Source: an uncultured Eubacteriales bacterium (GTDB taxonomy: Bacteria; Bacillota_I; Bacilli_A; RFN20; UBA1709). From it: a DNA stretch of 24,000 nt. The stretch is from the NCBI GenBank assembly GCA_964631095.1, contig CAZVZF010000004.1, positions 3,840 to 27,839 of the forward strand, given 5' to 3'. Below the pieces are notes generated by a model, which was given only the letters and a program-made list of their open reading frames with translations, was not told the origin of the DNA and made no database searches. Positions 8,574 to 16,214 of this stretch are shown here, piece after piece (within the stretch, counting starts at the first letter, position 1; the number at the start of each line of letters is the position of its first letter). A program made the translations under genes and the position numbers.

Positions 8574-8801
8574 TCACAGTTTTTGTCTATGGTCTTCTTG
8601 CTTAAATGAGTTAGAATGATATTAGAGGATTCCGTTTCCTCAACAATATCGCCAAAAGGGATAAAACCCTTTGGACCGGCATATCATCGCCGGTGCCTCA
8701 GATTATTGTTCTGCATGTTGTTCTTGAATCATGGGGGGTTTCTTGAACGATGTAAAGTGCATAATCTGGACCAATCGAGGGGGGTTACCCCCTCTTTTTT
8801 T
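8574..8801 (+). promoter_or_regulatory. Structured ~230-nt 5' leader (candidate riboswitch/attenuator or terminated small RNA) upstream of mrp/apbC; class unrecognised
   Basis: Nested hairpin 8618-8650 (GATATT/AATATC enclosing GAGGA/TCCTC). Possible three-way junction: P1 AACAATA 8642-8648 / TATTGTT 8704-8710, P2 hairpin 8652-8674, P3 hairpin ACCGGC/GCCGGT 8675-8694. Duplicated TTCTTGAA...GGGGGG modules at 8721-8738 and 8740-8784. It ends in a strong intrinsic terminator. Confidence 0.4.
8777..8801 (+). terminator. Rho-independent terminator inside the mrp leader
   Basis: GAGGGGGG / CCCCCTC stem with a TTAC loop, followed by 7 T residues (8795-8801). It lies about 60 nt upstream of the mrp ATG. 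Confidence 0.8.
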
Positions 8802-8863
8802 GACTCTCTTTTCTTTTTCCTATCATCATGTTACACTTGATTTGATAAGGGAGCGATAATGAA

Positions 8864-9661
8864 ATGAATCCAACAAAAAGTGCAGGAGTCCCGAAATTCG
8901 TTCTACACCAAGGGAGCACGGTAAAAAAAGTAATTGCAGTAACAAGTGGTAAAGGTGGGGTGGGTAAGTCTACCGTTACAGCACTTCTGGCATCACATAT
9001 GAAGGCCAAAGGACTTCGGGTGGGGGTTATGGACGCAGATATTACAGGCCCCTCAATTGCAAAACTATTTGGAGTTGAGCAACAGCTTTTTGCCAGTGAA
9101 AATGGATGGGTTCCTCTCGTTAGCAAGACAGGGATTCCTTTTGTTTCTATGAATGCATTACTCGAAGAACCCGATGCACCAGTCTTGTGGAGAGGACCAC
9201 TTCTTGGTGGTATTATTAAACAATTTTGGGGCGAAGTCGAATGGGGGAACTTAGATGTGTTATTTCTTGATATGCCCCCTGGAACGGGAGATGTTGCTTT
9301 GACCGTTTTTCAATCGCTTCCCGTTGCAGGTGTGGTTCTTGTAACTACCCCTCAATCGCTAGTAGATATGATTGTTGGGAAATCGATTCGTATGGTTCAA
9401 GATTTACATTTACCTATTCTGGGGTTGGTCGAAAACATGGCAGCATTCCTATGCCCTGATTGTGGGACAAGTCATCGAATTTTTGGCCCAAGCCACGTGG
9501 AAGAGCTAGCAAAAAAATATTCGATTTCTGCTACGGTCACTTTGCCTTTACAACCGGAATGGACCGCATGGTGCGATTCTGGTGATGTTGAATTTCTGGA
9601 TATTCCGCAAGTAGAAGCATTTGTAGAACAACTTATAGAGGGGTTTTATGAAAATAAGTAA
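8864..9661 (+). CDS. apbC: Mrp/NBP35/ApbC family Fe-S cluster carrier ATPase
   Basis: 265 aa. Deviant Walker A VIAVTSGKGGVGKST, Walker B FLDMPPGTGD, and the ENMAAFLCPDCG CxxC cluster-ligand motif. AAGGGAG RBS at 8846-8852. Confidence 0.9.
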   Translation: MNPTKSAGVPKFVLHQGSTVKKVIAVTSGKGGVGKSTVTALLASHMKAKGLRVGVMDADITGPSIAKLFGVEQQLFASENGWVPLVSKTGIPFVSMNALLEEPDAPVLWRGPLLGGIIKQFWGEVEWGNLDVLFLDMPPGTGDVALTVFQSLPVAGVVLVTTPQSLVDMIVGKSIRMVQDLHLPILGLVENMAAFLCPDCGTSHRIFGPSHVEELAKKYSISATVTLPLQPEWTAWCDSGDVEFLDIPQVEAFVEQLIEGFYENK

Positions 9662-9710
9662 AATGAAATTTGTTTTGATTATTCAAGAAATATTATTGTT
9701 TGCCACCCAA

Positions 9711-9738
9711 AAAAGAAGAGCTCGACTCTTCTTTTTTT
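9711..9738 (+). terminator. Rho-independent terminator after mrp/apbC
   Basis: AAAGAAGAG (9712-9720), loop CTCGA, CTCTTCTTT (9726-9734), with the T-run continuing to 9738. Confidence 0.8.
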
Positions 9739-9806
9739 AACCTATATCCAGTATAATATAAATACATTGTGATTGCTGTTGCAACCACACAATAACGGAG
9801 GATCAT

Positions 9807-10877
9807 ATGAAAATATTCGAATACATGGAACGTCACGGATACGAACAACTGATTCATTTTTATGACAAAACAACCGGTCTAAAAGGGATTACTTGCATTC
9901 ATGACACCACACTCGGTCCAGCATTAGGCGGGACCCGTCTTTGGTTGTACGAAAATGAAGAAGCCGCTGAAACAGATGCATTGCGTTTGGCCCGTGGAAT
10001 GACTTACAAAAACGCTGCCGCAGGGCTTAACCTTGGAGGCGGAAAGACGGTTTTGATTGGTGATGCCAGCAAAGTGAAAAGTGAGGCATATTTTAGAGCC
10101 TTAGGCCGCTATGTTCAAAGTTTAAACGGTCGATACATTACGGCGGAAGATGTCAATACATCAACACGCGATATGGAATATGTCCATATGGAGACCAATT
10201 TTGTAGTTGGCTTGGAAGGTAAATCAGGCAATCCATCGCCAATGACCGCTTTAGGGGCGTTTTATGGAGTAAAGGCTTCTTTACAAGCCAAATTTGGCCA
10301 TCAAGATTTTTCGAAATTATCCTTTGCAGTGCAAGGAGCAGGTCAAACGGGTTACTATCTTATCAAACATCTTGTTGCAGCAAAAGCAAAGAAAATTTAT
10401 TTTTCAGAAATAAATCCTTCTCACATTGAGCGAATGAAGCGAGAACATCCCGAGGTGGAGTTTGTTGCCCCGGATGCCTATTTTGGTTTGGATGTTGATG
10501 TATTGTCTCCTTGTGCATTGGGGGCAGTTTTAAATGACAAAACCATTCCTATGATTCGTGCAAAAGTAATTGCCGGCACAGCAAATAATGTTCTTGATGA
10601 TGAAGATAAGCATGGGAAGATGTTGGTTGACCTTGGCATTCTCTATGCTCCTGACTTTGTCATCAATGCCGGAGGAGTAATCAATGTTTACCATGAGCTT
10701 CATGGTTATAATCGCGCAGCTGTTGAGTATGACATTGCTAAAATTGCAGATCGACTCACCGAAATCTTTGCTATTGCTGCGAAAGAAAACATTCCAACTC
10801 AAGAGGCAGCGAAAATGTTTGCTCGCCAAAGAATGGCAGCGATTGCTGGCATCCATGCCAATTACATTCCTAAATAA
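9807..10877 (+). CDS. bcd: Leucine (branched-chain amino acid) dehydrogenase, Glu/Leu/Phe/Val dehydrogenase family
   Basis: 356 aa. The N-terminus MKIFEYMERHGYEQLIHFYDKTTGLKGITCIHDTTLGPALGGTRLW..GMTYKNAAAGLNLGGGKTV is the classic LeuDH pattern. Rossmann motif VQGAGQTG. GGAGG RBS at 9797-9801. Confidence 0.9.
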   Translation: MKIFEYMERHGYEQLIHFYDKTTGLKGITCIHDTTLGPALGGTRLWLYENEEAAETDALRLARGMTYKNAAAGLNLGGGKTVLIGDASKVKSEAYFRALGRYVQSLNGRYITAEDVNTSTRDMEYVHMETNFVVGLEGKSGNPSPMTALGAFYGVKASLQAKFGHQDFSKLSFAVQGAGQTGYYLIKHLVAAKAKKIYFSEINPSHIERMKREHPEVEFVAPDAYFGLDVDVLSPCALGAVLNDKTIPMIRAKVIAGTANNVLDDEDKHGKMLVDLGILYAPDFVINAGGVINVYHELHGYNRAAVEYDIAKIADRLTEIFAIAAKENIPTQEAAKMFARQRMAAIAGIHANYIPK

Positions 10878-10882
10878 TCATA

Positions 10883-11551
10883 ATGAACAATTCCCCCCTT
10901 CGTCGTATATGTGTCATTGCTGGGCACTATGGTAGTGGCAAATCGGAGTTTGCAGTCAACTTGGCGATTCATTATCCAGTTGATCTTTTAATTGACCTTG
11001 ATATCGTGAATCCCTATTTTCGTTCTCGTGAAATGACGGACATGCTTTTGAAGTTAGGAATTGAAACCATTGGTTCAACATTGAAGCAAGCACTTGGTAG
11101 TGATTTGCCCTATGTGTCACCAGCAGCATTTCGCCCCTTTTTGGACACTTCTGTTCGAGCAATCATTGATCTTGGTGGAGATCCTGTCGGAGCTCGCTTA
11201 CTGCGGCAGTTTGAAGCGATGGCTTCGAACCAAGATGCGGACTATCTCATGATTGTCAATGGGTATCGTGAAAAAACAAATACTTCAAGTGGCATCATCC
11301 AAATGATTCATAAAATTGAAGAAAGTGCTGGGATAACGATTACTGGGTTAGTCAATAATACCAATCAACTTCGAGCAACAACATGGGATGACTTGTTATA
11401 TGGCGAAACTCTACTCAAAGAAGTAGCTCAACAATTGAACATTCCCATCCGATTTCATTCATTCCCAACGACAATTATAGGTGATAAACCAATATTGCTA
11501 GGAGAACCGCTTGAACTGAAGTTATACTTACGCCAATCTTGGCTGTCTTAA
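10883..11551 (+). CDS. Uncharacterised P-loop NTPase (SIMIBI-class, G3E/MinD-like) embedded in the ldh-OFOR operon
   Basis: 222 aa. Walker A CVIAGHYGSGKSE (nt ~10922-10948), Walker-B-like AIIDLGGDPVGA, and LVNNTNQL in the position of an NKxD-like motif. It starts 5 nt after the bcd stop with no visible SD. The next gene starts 12 nt later behind AAGGAGG. Confidence 0.7.
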   Translation: MNNSPLRRICVIAGHYGSGKSEFAVNLAIHYPVDLLIDLDIVNPYFRSREMTDMLLKLGIETIGSTLKQALGSDLPYVSPAAFRPFLDTSVRAIIDLGGDPVGARLLRQFEAMASNQDADYLMIVNGYREKTNTSSGIIQMIHKIEESAGITITGLVNNTNQLRATTWDDLLYGETLLKEVAQQLNIPIRFHSFPTTIIGDKPILLGEPLELKLYLRQSWLS

Positions 11552-11563
11552 AGGAGGAATACA

Positions 11564-11800
11564 ATGCCAAAAGGAACTGTAAAATTCGCCCAAGAATACT
11601 GCAAAGGTTGTTATTTATGTGTAGCGTTCTGTCCCGTAAAGATTTTGAAGCCTGCCCCTAGTCGGCTTAATGCCAAAGGCTATCCATTGGTGGACGTGAT
11701 TACCCCTGAACGTTGCATTGGCTGTGGCTTTTGTGCTTTGATGTGTCCGGATGCTGTTATTACTGTCACAAAAGAAGTGGAGGAGCCTAAGCATGAGTAA
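11564..11800 (+). CDS. 2-oxoacid:ferredoxin oxidoreductase delta subunit (2x[4Fe-4S] ferredoxin domain)
   Basis: 78 aa with two CxxCxxCxxxCP motifs: CKGCYLCVAFCP and CIGCGFCALMCP. Confidence 0.85.
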   Translation: MPKGTVKFAQEYCKGCYLCVAFCPVKILKPAPSRLNAKGYPLVDVITPERCIGCGFCALMCPDAVITVTKEVEEPKHE

Positions 11801-12863
11801 ACTATTAATGAAGGGGAATGAAGCCATTGCTCGAGCTGCCATTCTTGGTGGTTGTGAAGCATTCTTTGGTTATCCAATTACTCCCCAAAATGAAATTCCA
11901 GAATACTTATCCGAGGCAATGCCTGCAGCTGGTAGAATTTTTCTGCAAGCAGAATCTGAAGTCGCCTCCATCAATATGGTTTATGGCGCTGCTGGTGCGG
12001 GTTTTCGTGTGATGACCTCCTCTTCATCACCAGGAATTGCCCTGATGCAAGAAGGAATCAGTTATATCGCTGGTGCTGAATTACCATGCGTGTTGGTGAA
12101 TGTGATGCGTGGTGGACCAGGTTTGGGTGGGATTCAACCTTCCCAAGCGGATTATAAACAAATAACCCGAGGAGGCGGAAATGGCGATTATCGTGTTCTT
12201 GCCTATGCTCCAGAAAATTTGCAGGAAACCGTAGATATCTTAAAAGAAGCGTTTGATATTGCCGATACCTATCGCAATCCAGTCATGATTGCAGTGGATG
12301 GTTTGATTGGTCAAATGATGGAATCGGTTGACTTGGATCGCCCGGTGCCTCATCGTCCTCAAGTGCGTAAACCTTGGGCAACAACCGGACGCGGAAGAGG
12401 GAAGCAACGCAACATTATTAATTCTCTCTACCTAGATCCTAGTGAACTTGAAAGACACAATCTCTCAATTGCTGAGAAATACAAGATGATCAAAGAAAAA
12501 GAAGTTCGTTACGAAGCGTATCAACTTGAAGATGCAGATTATGTTATTGTTGCGTATGGAACGATGGCTCGTATTTGTCGCTCAGCTATTGAAATTTTAG
12601 CCGAAGCAAATATCCGAGTTGGTTTGCTACGCCCTATTACATTGTGGCCATTTCCAAACCAAGCATTTCAAGCCATTTCTCCCAAAACCAAAGGTATTTT
12701 ATGCGCAGAGTTAAGTCTTGGACAAATGATCGATGATGTTCGTATTGCGGTAGAAGGGTCCTTCCCAATTGCTTTTTTCGGCCGAGCGGGAGGCATGATG
12801 CCTGAACCAAATGAGATTGTAGAAGCCATTCTCCACTTTCCCAAAGGAGGCGATGCTCGATGA
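11793..12863 (+). CDS. 2-oxoacid:ferredoxin oxidoreductase alpha subunit (probably branched-chain/VOR-type, judged from context)
   Basis: ATG 11793 overlaps the delta stop. The N-terminus MSKLLMKGNEAIARAAILGGCEAFFGYPITPQNEI is typical of KorA/VorA/PorA. The upstream extension in the ORF track (start 11751) lies inside the delta gene. Confidence 0.9.
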   Translation: MSKLLMKGNEAIARAAILGGCEAFFGYPITPQNEIPEYLSEAMPAAGRIFLQAESEVASINMVYGAAGAGFRVMTSSSSPGIALMQEGISYIAGAELPCVLVNVMRGGPGLGGIQPSQADYKQITRGGGNGDYRVLAYAPENLQETVDILKEAFDIADTYRNPVMIAVDGLIGQMMESVDLDRPVPHRPQVRKPWATTGRGRGKQRNIINSLYLDPSELERHNLSIAEKYKMIKEKEVRYEAYQLEDADYVIVAYGTMARICRSAIEILAEANIRVGLLRPITLWPFPNQAFQAISPKTKGILCAELSLGQMIDDVRIAVEGSFPIAFFGRAGGMMPEPNEIVEAILHFPKGGDAR

Positions 12864-13618
12864 GTCAGCAATTTGTACAAGGTCGATCCGAAGGATTAAC
12901 AAATGTTTCATTCTCGTATTGCCCAGGATGCACCCATGGAATTATCCATAAATTAGTTGCCGAATCGTTGGAAGAATTGGGGATGCTAGGTAATGCGATT
13001 GGTATGGCGAGTGTAGGCTGTTCTGTGATGTCTTATAATTTTTTCGACTGTGATATGCAACAAACTGCACATGGACGGGCATGTGCGGTAGCGACAGGAA
13101 TCAAACGTTGTTTACCCGACCGAATTGTCTTTTCTTATCAAGGAGATGGAGATTTTGCTGCCATAGGGATTGGCGAAGGAATTCATGCAGCTCAACGAGC
13201 AGAAAATATTACTGTATTTTTTGTTAATAATGCGATTTATGGTATGACTGGTGGTCAAATGGCACCAACCACATTAATTGGGCAAAAAACAACCACCTCT
13301 CCACAAGGAAGAAATGCGGTCCGTCAAGGACTTCCGATGAAAGTTTGTGAGATGTTTGCTACTATCGAAGGAGCGGCTTATGTAGAACGCGTTTCATTAC
13401 ATGATCCACGAGCGGTGATGAACGCCAAACGCGCAATCAAAAAGGCCCTCACCTATCAACGTGATGGAAAGGGATTTACCTTGATAGAATTTTTATCGAC
13501 CTGTCCAATTAACTGGGGAATGACTCCCTTGGATGCGTTACAATGGACCAAAACAACAATGGCACAACACTATCCTCTTGGAGTATTTGCGGACCGAGGA
13601 GGAACTTCGAATGAGTAA
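12860..13618 (+). CDS. 2-oxoacid:ferredoxin oxidoreductase beta subunit (TPP-binding)
   Basis: 252 aa. YCPGCTHG cluster/TPP motif and GDGDFAAIG...NNAIYGMTGGQ TPP-binding motif. The start overlaps the alpha stop (ATGA). Confidence 0.9.
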   Translation: MSQQFVQGRSEGLTNVSFSYCPGCTHGIIHKLVAESLEELGMLGNAIGMASVGCSVMSYNFFDCDMQQTAHGRACAVATGIKRCLPDRIVFSYQGDGDFAAIGIGEGIHAAQRAENITVFFVNNAIYGMTGGQMAPTTLIGQKTTTSPQGRNAVRQGLPMKVCEMFATIEGAAYVERVSLHDPRAVMNAKRAIKKALTYQRDGKGFTLIEFLSTCPINWGMTPLDALQWTKTTMAQHYPLGVFADRGGTSNE

Positions 13619-14165
13619 GAACGCCAGAATTATAGTATCGGGATTTGGTGGTCAAGGTGTGATGATGGTTGGCCAGGTGTTAGCATATGCTGGCGTGGAA
13701 GCTGGCCTAAACTCGTTGTGGTATCCTTCTTATGGCCCTGAGACTAGAGGGGGTACGGCACATTGTGCAGTATCATTATCTGCCCAAGCTATCGGATCAC
13801 CTGTTTTTTCAACGGCAACCGCAGCCTTGATTTTCAATCGACCTTCCTTAGAGAAGTTTGCGAGTAAGATAGATGCGAACGGCGTTTTGTTTTTCAATTC
13901 CTCACTTATTACCGATGCCAAAAACATATCCTGTCAAGGGGAAAAAATTGGTGTACCAATTTATGAAATGGCGGCCAATTTGCAGGATCCAAGAGTAGCT
14001 AATATGATTCTTTTGGGGGTCTATTTGGAACAATCAAAAATCCTCGAGGATTCGATGATTCGAATTGGTATTGAACATGTGCTCGGACCGGCCAAACAAC
14101 ATCTTGTTGACTTGAATATGAAAGCCGTTCAAATGGGGCGAGATTTTTTTAGAAATCTCCTTTAA
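13611..14165 (+). CDS. 2-oxoacid:ferredoxin oxidoreductase gamma subunit
   Basis: GAGGAGG RBS at 13596-13602 and ATG at 13611 overlapping the beta stop. N-terminus MSKNARIIVSGFGGQGVMMVGQVLA, plus YPSYGPETRGG. Confidence 0.9.
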   Translation: MSKNARIIVSGFGGQGVMMVGQVLAYAGVEAGLNSLWYPSYGPETRGGTAHCAVSLSAQAIGSPVFSTATAALIFNRPSLEKFASKIDANGVLFFNSSLITDAKNISCQGEKIGVPIYEMAANLQDPRVANMILLGVYLEQSKILEDSMIRIGIEHVLGPAKQHLVDLNMKAVQMGRDFFRNLL

Positions 14166-14514
14166 CAGCAATCGCATCAATTTCAATTCGAGCATTTTTT
14201 GGAAGTCCAGTAACCCCTATCGCAGTACGGGTAGGTTTTGGGTCAGAAAAGAACGATTCATATGCATGGTTCATTGCAGGAAAATCGTTAAAATCAACTA
14301 AATATACCGTACATTTTACTACATCACTTCTTGAAAAGCCCGCAGCTTGTAGTAACCGATCAATTTGCAATAGGACGCCTTCTGTCTCAAGACTAATGGA
14401 ACCATTTCTTGCTTCATCCGGCGCGATTTGTCCAGAAAGATATAATGTTGGCCCGAGTTGTAGTGCGGGAGAATAAGGACCTAATGGAGTAGTCAATGCA
14501 ATTGTTTTTTTCAT
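14149..14514 (-). CDS. ridA: RidA/YjgF/UK114 family reactive enamine/imine deaminase
   Basis: 121 aa. GPYSPA, LYLSGQI, KCTVYL, NHAYESFF, PTRTAIGVTGLPKNARIEIDAIA. The 3' end overlaps the gamma-subunit 3' end by 17 nt. Confidence 0.9.
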   Translation of the reverse strand: MKKTIALTTPLGPYSPALQLGPTLYLSGQIAPDEARNGSISLETEGVLLQIDRLLQAAGFSRSDVVKCTVYLVDFNDFPAMNHAYESFFSDPKPTRTAIGVTGLPKNARIEIDAIAVKGDF

Positions 14515-14597
14515 AAATGAATTTCCTTTCTTGATAGTTTCATCATAGAAGAGAAATTTTCATTAGGCAAGTGATGTTTATTGAAAGGAGAATAGAT

Positions 14598-15095
14598 GTG
14601 AAAGAATTAATTTTGGCAGGAGGATGTTTTTGGGGAGTAGAAGCATATTACCAACTTCTTCAAGGTATCGTAGACACCGAGGTAGGGTATACCGATGGTC
14701 CAACTATTGCGCCGACTTACGAAGAAGTTTGCGCAAATTCTGGACATGTTGAAGCTTGTTGGATTCGGTATGACGAGAGCATTCTTTCGCTCGCTCAAAT
14801 CTTAAATCATTTCTTTCGCATTATTGATCCAACTGCAAAAAATCGTCAAGCTCATGATATTGGTGTTCAGTATCGAACCGCTATCTTTTACCTCGATCCA
14901 TTGGATGCCCCAATCATTGAGCAGTTTATAGAGGAACAACAAGCCAATTATGCAAAACCGATTCAAACATACATTAAACCTGCACCGCCTTTTTTTGTGG
15001 CTGAGGAATATCATCAAGATTATCTGAAAAAGAATCCTAATGGCTACTGTCATGTGAATCTTGGACTTATAAGAGAAGAGGAGCGTCGCTCATGA
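14598..15095 (+). CDS. msrA: Peptide-methionine (S)-S-oxide reductase MsrA
   Basis: AAAGGAG RBS at 14584-14590 and an in-frame GTG at 14598 giving MKELILAGGCFWGVEAYY (catalytic GCFWG). Also YRTAIF and EYHQDYL. The ORF-track start at 14571 has no RBS. Confidence 0.9.
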   Translation: MKELILAGGCFWGVEAYYQLLQGIVDTEVGYTDGPTIAPTYEEVCANSGHVEACWIRYDESILSLAQILNHFFRIIDPTAKNRQAHDIGVQYRTAIFYLDPLDAPIIEQFIEEQQANYAKPIQTYIKPAPPFFVAEEYHQDYLKKNPNGYCHVNLGLIREEERRS

Positions 15096-15103
15096 GCATA
15101 TAA

Positions 15104-15133
15104 TTGGCCAAGAGAAAATGACCTTGATATAAT
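15104..15133 (+). promoter_or_regulatory. Candidate promoter for namA: TTGGCC, 18 nt, extended -10 TGATATAAT
   Basis: TTGGCC at 15104-15109 and TGATATAAT at 15125-15133. This is the third identical TGATATAAT 9-mer in the window, after 365-373 and 8558-8566. Confidence 0.45.
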
Positions 15134-15172
15134 AATAGTACGAAATCAAACTAATATAGGAGGTTTGTGACA

Positions 15173-16192
15173 ATGGCTAAACTTTTTGAACCGTATCAAA
15201 TAAAAAATCTTTCTTTTAAAAATCGTATCGTTATGCCACCTATGTGCATGTATTCAGCCAAAGATGATGGGATTCTTACTCCATTTCATTTTGCTCATTA
15301 TGCCGCTCGCATCATTGGTGGCGTTGGGACAATTATTTTGGAATCGACTGGAGTTACTCCAAATGGTCGAATTACTAACAATGATCTTGGCTTATGGTCG
15401 GATGATCATGTTTCTGGATTGAAAAGCATCGTCGACTTTGGACACGAACATGGTGCTGTGATGGGGATTCAATTGAATCACGCAGGACGTCGTAGCCGGG
15501 TAGTTGGGGTTCAAGCTGTCGCTCCTACCACAGAGGCCTTTGCCGATATTCCTGCTCCTCGGATGATTACAAAAGAGGAAATAAAAATGTTGCCAGGGCT
15601 GTTTCGAGCTGCTGCAAAACGTGCATTAACTGCAGGATTTGATTTTATTGAAATTCATGCGGCTCACGGCTATTTGCTTGATGAGTTCTTATCACCACTA
15701 GGGAACAAACGAACCGATGAATATGGTGGCAGTGAAGACAATCGCTTGCGGCTAATCAAAGAAATTGCAATCGCAATTCGAGAAGTATGGCCCAAAGAAA
15801 AAATGCTTCAAATCCGGGTATCTGCTGAGGATTACGCCGAAGGCGGATTGCATCAAGAAGATCTTGCTAGCATAATAAATAAAATTAAAGATGTTGGAAT
15901 TGACATGGTTAACGTCAGTTCTGGAGGGGTCGCCGTTGTACGGGTTAATGATTATCCAGGCTATCAAGTTGGATATGCTCAACATATTCGAGCAAAAACA
16001 GGGTTGCCAGTTATTGCAGGAGGATTGATTGAAGACCCTCTAATGGCTGAAGCTTTCTTGAAAAGTGGACACGCTGATTTTATTTACTTTGGACGTGAAT
16101 TGTTGAGAAATCCTCAATACCCTCTTGAAGCTGCCCGCGTCTTACAAGCAGACATTCCATGGCCCGTTCAATATGAACGTGCGAAACGCTAA
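15173..16192 (+). CDS. namA: NADPH dehydrogenase, Old Yellow Enzyme family (YqjM/NamA type)
   Basis: GGAGG RBS and ATG at 15173. MAKLFEPYQIKNLSFKNRIVMPPMCMY (YqjM-type Cys), QLNHAGRR, IEIHAAHGYLLDEFLSP, RTDEYGGS, FGRELLRNP. Confidence 0.9.
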   Translation: MAKLFEPYQIKNLSFKNRIVMPPMCMYSAKDDGILTPFHFAHYAARIIGGVGTIILESTGVTPNGRITNNDLGLWSDDHVSGLKSIVDFGHEHGAVMGIQLNHAGRRSRVVGVQAVAPTTEAFADIPAPRMITKEEIKMLPGLFRAAAKRALTAGFDFIEIHAAHGYLLDEFLSPLGNKRTDEYGGSEDNRLRLIKEIAIAIREVWPKEKMLQIRVSAEDYAEGGLHQEDLASIINKIKDVGIDMVNVSSGGVAVVRVNDYPGYQVGYAQHIRAKTGLPVIAGGLIEDPLMAEAFLKSGHADFIYFGRELLRNPQYPLEAARVLQADIPWPVQYERAKR

Positions 16193-16214
16193 ATAGTGTT
16201 GGAAAGGAGCCTTT

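Noticed and set aside
8574-8801. T-box leader hypothesis for the mrp leader (CUGGACCAAUCG near 8766-8777 vaguely resembles the UGGN-ACC part of a T-box)
   Set aside because: There is no GGGUGGNACCGCG consensus, no long Stem I with specifier loop, AG bulge or distal loop, and the downstream gene is not an amino-acid-related gene. I also checked by eye for hammerhead (CUGAUGA/GAAA), purine, TPP, SRP, 6S, RNase P and tmRNA signatures and found none.
8616-8840. 74-aa plus-strand ORF in the uvdE-mrp intergenic region
   Set aside because: It has no Shine-Dalgarno sequence upstream. It reads straight through a strong stem-loop plus T7 terminator. Its sequence is low-complexity (poly-Phe/Leu from the T-run). 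The region is better explained as structured non-coding leader RNA.
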